Sequence record: SRR31156797_1603
Strand: one strand, 5' to 3'
Length of the DNA: 63,605 nucleotides
Shown: positions 31,165-40,048 of the stretch, one piece after another
Layout: each line of letters begins with the position of its first letter
How positions within the stretch are numbered: position 1 is the stretch's first letter
Notes under the pieces: model-generated
Databases searched by the model: none
The model's input: the letters and a program-made list of their open reading frames with translations, nothing else
Told to the model about the DNA's origin: nothing
Made by a program: the position numbers and the translations under genes

Positions 31165-31179
31165 AATTTTCAGAAAAAT
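31165..31179. promoter_or_regulatory. CodY box upstream of dtpT
   Basis: AATTTTCAGAAAAAT is a 14/15 match to AATTTTCWGAAAATT, about 45 bp before a peptide transporter start. Confidence 0.75.
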
Positions 31180-31223
31180 TCCGCTATTTTATTTTCATTA
31201 ATTTTTATAAGGGGCCATTACAT

Positions 31224-32684
31224 ATGGAAAAAGAAAAAACATTCTTAGGTCAGCCGCGAGGGCTGTCGACGTTATTCTTCACGGAAATGTGGGAACGATT
31301 CAGTTATTATGGTATGCGGGCGATTTTGGTGTACTTCATGTACGATGCAGTTGCCAACGGCGGCTTAGGGTTGCCAAAAGGAACGGCTGTGGCGATCATG
31401 TCGATTTACGGTTCCTTAGTGTATATGTCAAGTATTGTTGGCGGTTGGATCTCGGACCGTCTTTTAGGATCAAATAAATCCGTCTTTTATGGTGGGATCT
31501 TGATCATGTTAGGACACATCGTCTTGGCAACACCTTTAGGGATTCCAGCGTTGTTTGTGTCCATGATGCTGATCGTCATCGGAACCGGACTCTTGAAATC
31601 CAACGTGTCGGGTATGGTGGGGCATTTATACAGCAAAGACGATATCCGTCGGGATGCTGGTTTCTCAATTTTCTACATGGGGATCAATATCGGTGGCTTG
31701 TTAGCACCGATCATCGTCGGGATCTTAGGACAAGAGGTCAACTACCACTTAGGCTTTTCGATTGCTGCTATCGGGATGTTTATCGGTTTGGTGCAGTATT
31801 ATGTGCAAGGAAAAACCACGTTGAAAAGTGTAGCGATCGCGCCAACGAATCCCTTATCGGCAGCCGAAAAGAAAACCTTCTTCCGAGCAGTCGTTCTGGT
31901 TCTTCTCGCATTGGCAGTGTTGTTTGGCGCAGCTGCTGCAACGGGCCATCTGACGGTTGATTTCTTCATCAACTTCATCAGTGTTCTAGGTATTTTCTTG
32001 CCGATCTACTACTTTACCAAAATGCTGCGTTCGAAAGATGTCACACCAGATGAAAAGAAAAAAGTGTTGGCCTACATTCCGCTGTTCTTGTCAGCGATCG
32101 TCTTTTGGTCCTTAGAAGAACAAGGCTCATCGATCTTGGCATTGTTTGCCGCTGACCGTACGCAATCAACGTTATTCGGCATCAATATTCCAGCAAGTTT
32201 GTATCAAACCTTAAATCCACTTTTTGTCGTCTTACTGACACCTGTCTTTGTCTGGTTGTGGACCAAACTAGGTTCTCGCCAACCCCGGACAGAAGTGAAG
32301 TTTGCCATTGGTTTGGTCTTAGCCGGTTTGTCCTTTCTATTGCTAATGCTGCCAAGCCTCTTGTTTGGAGTAGAAGAACGGGTCAGCCCATTATGGTTGG
32401 TATTGAGCTTCTTCATTATGATCGCGGGGGAAATGTGTCTTTCACCTGTGGGCTTGTCGGTGACGACCAAACTAGCGCCGAAAGCTTTCGAAGCACAAAC
32501 CTTGGCGATTTGGTTGTTAGCAGACGCTTCTTCACAAGCCATCAATGCGCAAATCGCTCGGTTCTATACACCACAAACAGAAGGGATGTACTATGGCATC
32601 GTCGGCGGAGTAGCCGTTGTTGTCGGCATCATCTTGTATTTAGCTAGAAAACCGATCCGCAACTTGATCGGCAACATTCATTGA
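31224..32684 (+). CDS. dtpT: di-/tripeptide:H+ symporter (POT/MFS)
   Basis: EMWERFSYYG (ExxERFxYY) and FYMGINIG motifs. Confidence 0.95.
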   Translation: MEKEKTFLGQPRGLSTLFFTEMWERFSYYGMRAILVYFMYDAVANGGLGLPKGTAVAIMSIYGSLVYMSSIVGGWISDRLLGSNKSVFYGGILIMLGHIVLATPLGIPALFVSMMLIVIGTGLLKSNVSGMVGHLYSKDDIRRDAGFSIFYMGINIGGLLAPIIVGILGQEVNYHLGFSIAAIGMFIGLVQYYVQGKTTLKSVAIAPTNPLSAAEKKTFFRAVVLVLLALAVLFGAAAATGHLTVDFFINFISVLGIFLPIYYFTKMLRSKDVTPDEKKKVLAYIPLFLSAIVFWSLEEQGSSILALFAADRTQSTLFGINIPASLYQTLNPLFVVLLTPVFVWLWTKLGSRQPRTEVKFAIGLVLAGLSFLLLMLPSLLFGVEERVSPLWLVLSFFIMIAGEMCLSPVGLSVTTKLAPKAFEAQTLAIWLLADASSQAINAQIARFYTPQTEGMYYGIVGGVAVVVGIILYLARKPIRNLIGNIH

Positions 32685-32693
32685 TCAAAAAAT

Positions 32694-32763
32694 AAAAACT
32701 TGATTTTCCGCCTATGCATGGATTGAACAACCCATGCTTACTGTAGGAAAATCAAGTTTTTTT
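32694..32763. terminator. long bidirectional terminator between dtpT and the ABC-F gene
   Basis: AAAAACTTGATTTTCC/GGAAAATCAAGTTTTT outer stem with a GCATGG/CCATGC inner stem. Confidence 0.8.
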
Positions 32764-32779
32764 GTTGCGAATCAATGTC

Positions 32780-34363
32780 TTAGTCAATCAATGGGCTTAG
32801 TGGCTGGCGTGTGATCTGCTGCTGTGCAATGACCAGGGCTTCTTGGAAGTGCTGCTGCAAAAAGTAGCGGTCATGGCTGACTGCCAGCAGGGTTCCTTGA
32901 TAATCTTGCAGCATTTCTTCAATTTCTTCTCGGGCATAGCTGTCGAGGTGATTGGTTGGTTCATCCAAAATCAGGACGTTGATTTTTTCTAAAAAGAGTT
33001 TCAGTAACGCCAAACGGATTTTTTCACCACCGGATAGATCTTTGATTCGTTTGGCCACATCACCTTGATAAAAACCACTTTTGGCTAATTGCCGACGAGC
33101 CGTTTCTTCGTTTCCTGTCAATGTATGGACGTAGGCTAATAGGCGGCTCTCGGGATCGGCAAACTGCAGCTGCTGGGGCAAATAGCCGATCTGTAAGCTG
33201 CTGCCGCGCTTGATAGTGCCGCCGCTAGGAAGCTCCTCACCGAGAAGTAATGTGAGTAAGGTTGATTTTCCGGTACCATTGTCGCCGATGATGGCTAGAT
33301 GCTCCCCACGGTAGACCGCAAAACTGCTGTCTTTGAATAAGACTTGGCCGGCGTATTGCTGGTGCAAATCGTGAACGATGAACACCTCTTTGCCTGATTT
33401 TCCGCCATTTGCCAAGCCTTGCAGCCGATTTTTCGGGGGCGCTGGCGGTTTGACCAGTGTAAGTTTCGCTAGGCGGCGTTCCAATTCTTTGGCTTTTTTG
33501 AAGAAGGATTCATTGTCTCCTTCATGGCCCCACTGACGAAATCGACGAATCATGACTTTCAGTCGCTGAACTTCTTTTTGCTGCAGTTCGTAATTTTTGG
33601 TCAGCTCCGCCAAGCGAGCTTCTTTCAAGACACGAAATCGGCTATAGTTCCCAGGATACTCAATCAGGGCGCCTTCTTCCAGTTCCCAGGTCTTGGTGGT
33701 GACTTGATCAAGAAAGTGCCGATCGTGAGAAACGACTAGGACCGCTTTTTTCGTATTCTGTAAATAATTTTCCAACCAGCGGATACTTGAAAGATCCAAG
33801 TGATTGGTTGGTTCATCCAGTAACAGCAAGTCAGCATCGGTGACTAACACTTTAGCTAAAGCGACTTTGACCCGTTCACCCCCGCTAAGGTCTGTTAACC
33901 GTGCGTCCTGCCGATGGGGAATTCCTAAGCCTTGTAAGATCGCGAAAATTCGGTCTTCTAATCCATAACCGCCCAACTCTTCAAAGCGCTGCTGCAACTC
34001 GCCATAACGGATCAGACACTTCTCTAAATCAGTATTGGGTTCTGCCATCAAGGCTTCGTAATGATTCATTTGTTGTTTGAGTTCTTGAATGTTAGCAGCA
34101 GAATGGAGCAGGTAGTGGGTAACGGTTGCTTCAGAAACTGTCAGCTCTTGCTCGACCGTCCCGATCCTTAAGCCTTTTTGGCGGCTGATAACGCCGCTAT
34201 CGACGCCTTCACTGCCAGTCAAGATTTGTAAAAAGGTTGATTTGCCCGTTCCGTTGATGCCGACTAAGGCAATTTTTTCCCCAGCTTCGATTTGGCAGGA
34301 TAACTCCTCAAATAACGGATTCCCGCCGATGGTTTTTTTAATAGCAATTGCTTGTATGATCAT
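32780..34363 (-). CDS. ribosomal protection-like ABC-F ATPase
   Basis: Two NBDs (GINGTGKST and GDNGTGKST; LSGGE twice; LDEPTNHLD twice), no TM segments, inter-domain linker containing RQWGHEGDNESFFKKAK; AAGGAG RBS before ATG 34363. Confidence 0.9.
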   Translation of the reverse strand: MIIQAIAIKKTIGGNPLFEELSCQIEAGEKIALVGINGTGKSTFLQILTGSEGVDSGVISRQKGLRIGTVEQELTVSEATVTHYLLHSAANIQELKQQMNHYEALMAEPNTDLEKCLIRYGELQQRFEELGGYGLEDRIFAILQGLGIPHRQDARLTDLSGGERVKVALAKVLVTDADLLLLDEPTNHLDLSSIRWLENYLQNTKKAVLVVSHDRHFLDQVTTKTWELEEGALIEYPGNYSRFRVLKEARLAELTKNYELQQKEVQRLKVMIRRFRQWGHEGDNESFFKKAKELERRLAKLTLVKPPAPPKNRLQGLANGGKSGKEVFIVHDLHQQYAGQVLFKDSSFAVYRGEHLAIIGDNGTGKSTLLTLLLGEELPSGGTIKRGSSLQIGYLPQQLQFADPESRLLAYVHTLTGNEETARRQLAKSGFYQGDVAKRIKDLSGGEKIRLALLKLFLEKINVLILDEPTNHLDSYAREEIEEMLQDYQGTLLAVSHDRYFLQQHFQEALVIAQQQITRQPLSPLID

Positions 34364-34386
34364 GATCTCTCTCCTTGAGACCACTC

Positions 34387-34462
34387 AAAAAGGCCATGGA
34401 TATCCATGGCCAGTGTTATTTAAACTCAGATTTTTTTGAGAAAAATACCTTGAGATGGCCAT
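34387..34462 (-). promoter_or_regulatory. attenuator (terminator plus antiterminator) between the leader ORF and the ABC-F gene
   Basis: Perfect palindrome GGCCATGGATATCCATGGCC (34392-34411) followed by UUUUU on the minus strand; competing ATGGCCA at 34456-34462. Confidence 0.75.
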
Positions 34463-34467
34463 TGATT

Positions 34468-34596
34468 TTACGTAATTTTAACTGTTTTGGACAGATTAGT
34501 CCCGTCAACAGCAACTGTAAAACCAATTGCATGGCTAAATGCGATATGGTATCGTTGGTAATTTTCATTACTTGTTATTTTAGTCATGCGCATCAT
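34468..34596 (-). CDS. 42-aa leader peptide of the ABC-F gene
   Basis: AAAGGAGG RBS at 34607-34614, TTGAAC-17-TACACT promoter at 34659-34631; peptide MMRMTKITSNENYQRYHIAFSHAIGFTVAVDGTNLSKTVKIT. Confidence 0.75.
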   Translation of the reverse strand: MMRMTKITSNENYQRYHIAFSHAIGFTVAVDGTNLSKTVKIT

Positions 34597-34676
34597 GGTC
34601 GTTTTCCCTCCTTTGTGTCTTTGTCTTTTCAGTGTACCTGAAAGTATCAGAAAGTTCAACCAGGACTGGCGGTTTC

Positions 34677-36677
34677 TTAGCGTTCCTCGATGCGTAATTC
34701 TGTCAGAGAGCTTTCTTTCATCTGACCGATGACCAAAGGAACGGTCTCATGAACCACATCGCTGTATTCTAAGCCGAACCAGCGTTCAGGTGAAATAGTA
34801 TGGCGTTTGATAAAAAGCTTCGTCTGCATGACTTGCTTCTGCCATTTGCTTAATGCAGTTGCATTCGACAGCTCTTCTTCGATCATCACGAATTGGAAAT
34901 CACCCACATTGCGTCCAGGCGTTAAGGAATAGCGTTGCGGCTGCAGCGGCAAGCGACCATCTTTCATCAATTCTTGAATGATTTGGCGAATGTAGAGATT
35001 GACTTCTTGCGGCACCCGAAAGCCGAGATAAAGCTTTAGTTTAACGATAAAATCGGTATCTGCCATCGAAACTTCATATTTTTTCGTATAAGGTTCATCG
35101 GTGACTTCCACATTGACGAACCAATACACTTTGGCACGCTTCGGCCGTTTGTCTAAAATGGAATAGATGAACTGCTGACCGATCTGATCGTCTTGCAGTT
35201 TAGGAACCATGAAGACGACGTTCGTCTGAGATAATGGCAAAGAATCATCTTCCCGCAACTGTTTCAATTGAGGGATGTAGGTAGAAAGTGCAACTTCTTC
35301 GGCAGCATTTTCTTGAATACGATTGCCCCATTCCCAAATCAGCATCACACCGATGATCACGCTGGCTAATAAGATGGCAACGTAACCGCCATGGAAAAAT
35401 TTCGTCGCACTAGAGATAAAGAAAATGCCTTCGATTGCTGCAAAAAAGAGCGTGATGAACGGTGCCAAGAAACGGGTCTTCTTGTTTTGGTGCAAGTAGA
35501 AATACAGCAAAATAGTGGTCATCAACATCGTTACCGTAATGGCCAATCCATAAGCGGCTTCCATCCGAGTAGAGGTCTGGAAGAATAAGACCACGCCGGA
35601 ACAGGCGATCCACAGCAAGGTGTTCAAGGCAGGAATATACATTTGCCCGATAGACGCCCCCGGATAGATGATTTGCATCCGCGGCAATAGTTTCAACTTG
35701 ATGGCTTCAGAAACCAAGGTAAAGGAGCCAGACAGCAGAGCTTGCGAAGCAATGATGGCAGCGAGTGTGGCGAAGCTGACACCAAAGACTGTCCACCCTT
35801 GCGGCAACGCTTGGAAAAATGGGTTCAAGTTTTCGATTTCTTGATAAGTCGGGTTTTGATAGACTTGCAGCAGCCACGCCGCTTGACCAAAGTAATTCAG
35901 CATCAAGCAGATTTTGATATAGGGCCAGCTGGCATAAATGTTTTTTTTGCCCACATGACCTAAGTCCGAGTAGAGGGCTTCCGCACCAGTAGTCGCCAAA
36001 AAGATATTGCCGAGAATAAAGAGACCAGCGCTGTTATCGGGACTAAAGAGCAGATTGATCGCATACCGGGGATCAAGGGCCCGAATCACCGAAAGGTCAC
36101 CGGCAAAGTTCATCACACCGACGATGCCCAAGAAGGTGAACCAGCCTAGCATGATCGGTCCGAAGGCTTTGCCGACAAACTCAGTCCCAAAGCGCTGCAG
36201 GGCAAAGAGGACCAATAAGATTGCTAAGGTGATGCCGACGATGATCGATTGGTCATTGCCGAAGCGATCAAAAAAGGCTGGAATCCCCCGTAATCCTTCG
36301 ATGGCAGTGGTTACGGTCACGGCTGGCGTCAATACCCCATCTGCTAGCAGGGCTGCGCCCCCGATGATCGCTGGAATAATCAAGTAGCGGCTGTTTTTAC
36401 GAACTAAGGTATAAAGGGAAAAAATCCCGCCTTCTCCATGGTTATCCGCGTTTAATGCGATCAAGACGTACTTGATCGTCGTTAACAAGGTCAGCGTCCA
36501 AAAGACGAGTGAGACGCTACCTAAGATAAAATCGGGCGTTAAGGTGCGGAGTCCGCCATTATCCTCCACCAGGGCTTTCATTACGTAAAGTGGGCTCGTA
36601 CCGATATCACCGTAGACCACCCCCATGGCGACTAAAAGTCCGCCGGCGGTCACTTTTTTCATTTTACTTGAACTCAT
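34677..36677 (-). CDS. kup: KUP/HAK/KT potassium transporter
   Basis: GVVYGDIGTSPLY, GEGG, ADGVLTPAVTV and GAEALYSDLGH motifs; GGAGG RBS before ATG 36677. Confidence 0.96.
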   Translation of the reverse strand: MSSSKMKKVTAGGLLVAMGVVYGDIGTSPLYVMKALVEDNGGLRTLTPDFILGSVSLVFWTLTLLTTIKYVLIALNADNHGEGGIFSLYTLVRKNSRYLIIPAIIGGAALLADGVLTPAVTVTTAIEGLRGIPAFFDRFGNDQSIIVGITLAILLVLFALQRFGTEFVGKAFGPIMLGWFTFLGIVGVMNFAGDLSVIRALDPRYAINLLFSPDNSAGLFILGNIFLATTGAEALYSDLGHVGKKNIYASWPYIKICLMLNYFGQAAWLLQVYQNPTYQEIENLNPFFQALPQGWTVFGVSFATLAAIIASQALLSGSFTLVSEAIKLKLLPRMQIIYPGASIGQMYIPALNTLLWIACSGVVLFFQTSTRMEAAYGLAITVTMLMTTILLYFYLHQNKKTRFLAPFITLFFAAIEGIFFISSATKFFHGGYVAILLASVIIGVMLIWEWGNRIQENAAEEVALSTYIPQLKQLREDDSLPLSQTNVVFMVPKLQDDQIGQQFIYSILDKRPKRAKVYWFVNVEVTDEPYTKKYEVSMADTDFIVKLKLYLGFRVPQEVNLYIRQIIQELMKDGRLPLQPQRYSLTPGRNVGDFQFVMIEEELSNATALSKWQKQVMQTKLFIKRHTISPERWFGLEYSDVVHETVPLVIGQMKESSLTELRIEER

Positions 36678-36705
36678 TGACTGTTTTCCCTCCATTTTAA
36701 ACTGC

Positions 36706-36825
36706 AAAAAGACCTAAGCGGCCCCTTGCCACTTAGGTCTTGCAAGAAACATCTTAAACCAGCGGATTCCCGCTTGCTGTTGATCTAAGATCATGGAACG
36801 ATCCATGTGCTACTCCCCTAAAGTG
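36706..36825 (-). promoter_or_regulatory. yybP-ykoY family riboswitch with a terminator expression platform
   Basis: Minus strand reads UUAGGGGAGUAGC...CAUGGA/UCCAUG...AUCUUAGAUCAACAGCAAGCGG GAAU CCGCUGGUUUAAGAU...GCAAGACCUAA, then terminator AGACCUAAGUGGC/GCCGCUUAGGUCU-UUUU. Promoter TTGACA-17-GATAAT at 36859-36831. Confidence 0.88.
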
Positions 36826-36947
36826 TTCTTATTATCTTTGTTTTTGCAGCTCCTGTCAATTGATTTGATAAAAATGGCAATAAACATTTTTCTTTTACTG
36901 CTTTTCAGCGTAAGATAACAATAGGTATGGAATAAGGAGGCAGGAAA

Positions 36948-37703
36948 ATGATTGAGATCAAGAATCTGACGAAACAGTATGGACCCAAAAAAGCATTGTC
37001 TGATCTTTCCCTGACAATCCGTCAAGGGGAGATCTTTGGCTTTCTGGGACACAACGGGGCAGGGAAGTCGACAACGATCAAAAGCTTAGTTAGTATTTTG
37101 CAACCGACGAGTGGGGAAATCTTTTTTGACGGTCAATCCCTCGTGGAACATCGGGAAGCGATAAAAAAACAAATTGCCTATGTGCCGGACACGCCAGATT
37201 TATTTTTACAGCTAACAGCAGGGGAGTATTGGGACTTGATTGCCGCAGCGTATGAGGTGCCAGCAGCGGAAAAGGCCGAGCGTTTGCAAAAATTAGGGCG
37301 CTTGTTTGATATGCTGTCTCATGAAGAAGAGACCATCGCTAGCTTTTCCCATGGAATGCGGCAAAAAACGCTGCTGATTGGGGCATTGATCCCCGATCCG
37401 GACATTTGGATCTTGGACGAACCATTGCAAGGCTTAGATCCCCAAGCAGCGTATGATTTAAAAGAAATGATGAAACAGCATGCTGCCAAGGGCAAGACCG
37501 TGATTTTTTCTACCCACGTCTTAGACACCGCCCAGCAGTTGTGTGATCAATTAGCGATTTTGAAAAAAGGTGAGCTGCTGTACAATGGCTCAGTGGCAGA
37601 TTTGCTGGCACAGCATCCGTCGCTTTCTTTGGAAACAATCTATCTGCAAATGACTGGGAGAAGTCAAGAAGAAGCGATTCTTGCAGAAGCGGAGGAAGCG
37701 TAG
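36948..37703 (+). CDS. ABC transporter ATP-binding protein
   Basis: GHNGAGKST, FSHGMRQK and ILDEP motifs. Confidence 0.93.
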   Translation: MIEIKNLTKQYGPKKALSDLSLTIRQGEIFGFLGHNGAGKSTTIKSLVSILQPTSGEIFFDGQSLVEHREAIKKQIAYVPDTPDLFLQLTAGEYWDLIAAAYEVPAAEKAERLQKLGRLFDMLSHEEETIASFSHGMRQKTLLIGALIPDPDIWILDEPLQGLDPQAAYDLKEMMKQHAAKGKTVIFSTHVLDTAQQLCDQLAILKKGELLYNGSVADLLAQHPSLSLETIYLQMTGRSQEEAILAEAEEA

Positions 37704-39284
37704 ATGCGAAAACAACAATTTCTGACGCTGACCTCCGTTAATTTGCGGTATGCCAATCCCCAACTGACAGACAAAGCCCGCAAAAAAGGCAAGGCTGGTT
37801 CGACCTTGACCAGTTATTTGTTGTTTCAATATGCGCTTTCTGGAGTGGTGTTTCTGCTAGTCTATGGTTTGACGATGATCACATTGGATTTTAGTCAGAT
37901 GCCGGGCTTTTTTACCTATTATGTCGCTTTGTTCGGGATTTTAGGCTTTTCCCAAGGGATTTCGTCCATTTACAATGTCTTCTTCGAAAGTCAAGATCTG
38001 CCAGCGTATTTGCCGCTGCCCTTTCGACAGAGTGAAATTTTTCTGGCAAAGATCGTGGTGGTATTTCTTACCGTTGCGCCGTTTATTTTTCCTTTGTTGG
38101 TCTTATTTCTCCTGACAGGGATTCGGGCAAACGTCTTTTTCTTGCTGACGATCTTATGGGCGTTCTTGCTGTTCGGCTTGTTTTTAGTCCTGATCTTCAG
38201 CATTTGCAGCTTGATCGTCTTCAGCCTGACGCGCACCAAGTTTTTCTTGAAGCATAAAAAATTGGTCACTAGTTTATTGCTAGGCGTGACGATGCTGGTT
38301 GTTGTGATCGGGGTCTTAATGATGAATCAGGTGAATACCTACGAGGCAGACGTGGTAGACCGAGGAGCGATCAGCTTTTTATTGCCCTTTTATTATGTGA
38401 TGGTGGCGCCGTTTCAAACAACTGGTTTGCTTAGCTTGCTAGGGATCATCGCCACAGCAGGCGTGTTGCTTTTTGCCCTCTATCGGTTGATCTTGCCGAA
38501 GTTTTATGAGCAAGTGGCAGCCGCGGCGCCTAACCAAGGGAGTGTTCGTCGGAAACATAAACCCAATCAAGGCTTGGGCCAGCTGTTGTTTAATTACAAT
38601 TCGCAGTTGATCCGTGATCCGAATTTGATCATGCAAGTCTTTTCTTCCTCGTTACTGATGCCCATCATTTTTTTAGTGTCCTTTGTGTTTACTGGGGTGG
38701 TTCAGTTAAGTGAATTGGATGAGCGATTTATCGGTGTTGTTTTCGTGGCGGGGATCGCCTTGGCGGCACTGATGGTCAACCCGACTTCTTTTATCAGTAA
38801 TTTGATTTCATTGGATCAGGAGAATTTCTTGTTTGTCCGCTCCTTGCCGCTATCGATGAAGCGCTACTTGCGGGAAAAATTCCGCTTTGGCGTCGTTTTG
38901 CAGCTGAGCTTAACGGCAGTCATCGTGCTGGCAGCAGTGCTTTTATTCAAAATGCCGCTGATTTTGGCTGTCTCTTTTCTAGTCGGGGCACTTTGGAGCA
39001 GTTTTCTTTTGTGCTTGAAATATTTTGCTCGGGATTATCGATTGCTGCTTTTGGATTGGACCAATATCAGTCAATTGTTTACGAGAGGGGCGGGGAGTCT
39101 TGGGTTAGCCATTGGAACAGTCGCAACGCTATTTCTTTCCGTCATTGTTATCATCCTTTATGGCTTTGCTGCGACTTCGATTGATTTTTGGTTATTGAAT
39201 GGTCCGGTTTTCTTTGTGATCCTCTTGACCAGCGTCCTTTGGATAGCCCATTATGACCATAGATTTTGGCGTCGTTTTTCCTAA
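37704..39284 (+). CDS. ABC-2-type transporter permease
   Basis: About 12 hydrophobic segments with internally repeated halves (YLPLPF and RSLPL); abuts the ATPase gene. Confidence 0.85.
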   Translation: MRKQQFLTLTSVNLRYANPQLTDKARKKGKAGSTLTSYLLFQYALSGVVFLLVYGLTMITLDFSQMPGFFTYYVALFGILGFSQGISSIYNVFFESQDLPAYLPLPFRQSEIFLAKIVVVFLTVAPFIFPLLVLFLLTGIRANVFFLLTILWAFLLFGLFLVLIFSICSLIVFSLTRTKFFLKHKKLVTSLLLGVTMLVVVIGVLMMNQVNTYEADVVDRGAISFLLPFYYVMVAPFQTTGLLSLLGIIATAGVLLFALYRLILPKFYEQVAAAAPNQGSVRRKHKPNQGLGQLLFNYNSQLIRDPNLIMQVFSSSLLMPIIFLVSFVFTGVVQLSELDERFIGVVFVAGIALAALMVNPTSFISNLISLDQENFLFVRSLPLSMKRYLREKFRFGVVLQLSLTAVIVLAAVLLFKMPLILAVSFLVGALWSSFLLCLKYFARDYRLLLLDWTNISQLFTRGAGSLGLAIGTVATLFLSVIVIILYGFAATSIDFWLLNGPVFFVILLTSVLWIAHYDHRFWRRFS

Positions 39285-39306
39285 GGGAAGCGACGCTTTG
39301 CTTTTT
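39269..39306 (+). terminator. terminator overlapping the permease stop codon
   Basis: GCGTCGTTTTTCC/GGGAAGCGACGC stem plus a T-rich tail. Confidence 0.65.
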
Positions 39307-39387
39307 CTATTTAAGGATGGATAAATTAACTATTTATTCAGAAAATTCAGAAAAACTATTTACAATCAAAAGGAAACATGGTTAGAT

Positions 39388-39527
39388 AGGAGTACCTATT
39401 ACTTTGCTTTCATTTTTTGCTGTACAAGTTTGGATAACCGACTTGTCAAAGAGCTGTGACCAAAGGCAAAAAGACCAATGAGACCTAAGTGCTCGTTGAC
39501 TCTTTTGCTTTTGTCACGGTTTTTTTT
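39388..39527 (+). ncRNA. candidate small RNA
   Basis: Insulated between two terminators; promoter-like TTTACA...TGGTTAGAT, a pyrimidine-rich tract, two hairpins and a T-run. The -10 element is imperfect. Confidence 0.45.
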
Positions 39528-39531
39528 GCAC

Positions 39532-39557
39532 AAAAAAACCTGCCGTTCGTCGGCAGG
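39532..39557 (-). terminator. terminator of the universal stress protein gene
   Basis: ACCTGCCG/CGGCAGGT stem preceded by an A-run on the plus strand. Confidence 0.8.
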
Positions 39558-39568
39558 TCGTCTAGCTA

Positions 39569-40048
39569 TCAAGCTTTGGTGTGGTCTTTTTCTGGGATTT
39601 TGTTTTCTAGATCTGTCCGCACAACTAACACATCACAGCCAGCATGGCGAATGACATACTCAGACACGGAACCGATAAAGATTCGTTCCACGGCATTTAA
39701 ACCAGTGGCACCGATCATAATCAAATCGATGTTGTGATCTTCGGGCAATTGTTTGGCAATGATTGGTTTTGGCGAGCCGTATTCAATCACTGTTTTGACT
39801 GCAGTTACTTGGTGTTTGCGGGCATAATCCTCATAGTCTTTCAAAGTTTGTTTGGCCATTTCGGTTGCTTGCTCAGCAAGCATGCCGTCAAAAGAAGAAA
39901 CGGTTTGAAAGGCCCGAGTGTCGATCACATGTGCTAAAACCAATTCAGAATCATTCCGCTGTGCCACATTCACGGCTTTTTTGAAGGCTAATTCTGACTC
40001 GCTAGACCCATCGACGGCTACCATGATTCGTTGATATTGTTGTAACAT
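39569..40048 (-). CDS. universal stress protein
   Basis: YQRIMVAVDGS and GATGLNAVERIFIGSVSEYV motifs. Confidence 0.95.
   Translation of the reverse strand: MLQQYQRIMVAVDGSSESELAFKKAVNVAQRNDSELVLAHVIDTRAFQTVSSFDGMLAEQATEMAKQTLKDYEDYARKHQVTAVKTVIEYGSPKPIIAKQLPEDHNIDLIMIGATGLNAVERIFIGSVSEYVIRHAGCDVLVVRTDLENKIPEKDHTKA

Noticed and set aside
36678-36859. c-di-AMP (ydaO) riboswitch expected upstream of a K+ transporter
   Set aside because: The GCUGAAUCC, GGGGGA and GGGUGAA hallmarks are missing; the motifs fit yybP-ykoY instead.
39378-39389. Micro-ORF MVR after AAAGGA
   Set aside because: Only three codons with a 3-nt RBS spacing, overlapping the putative -10; not supportable.
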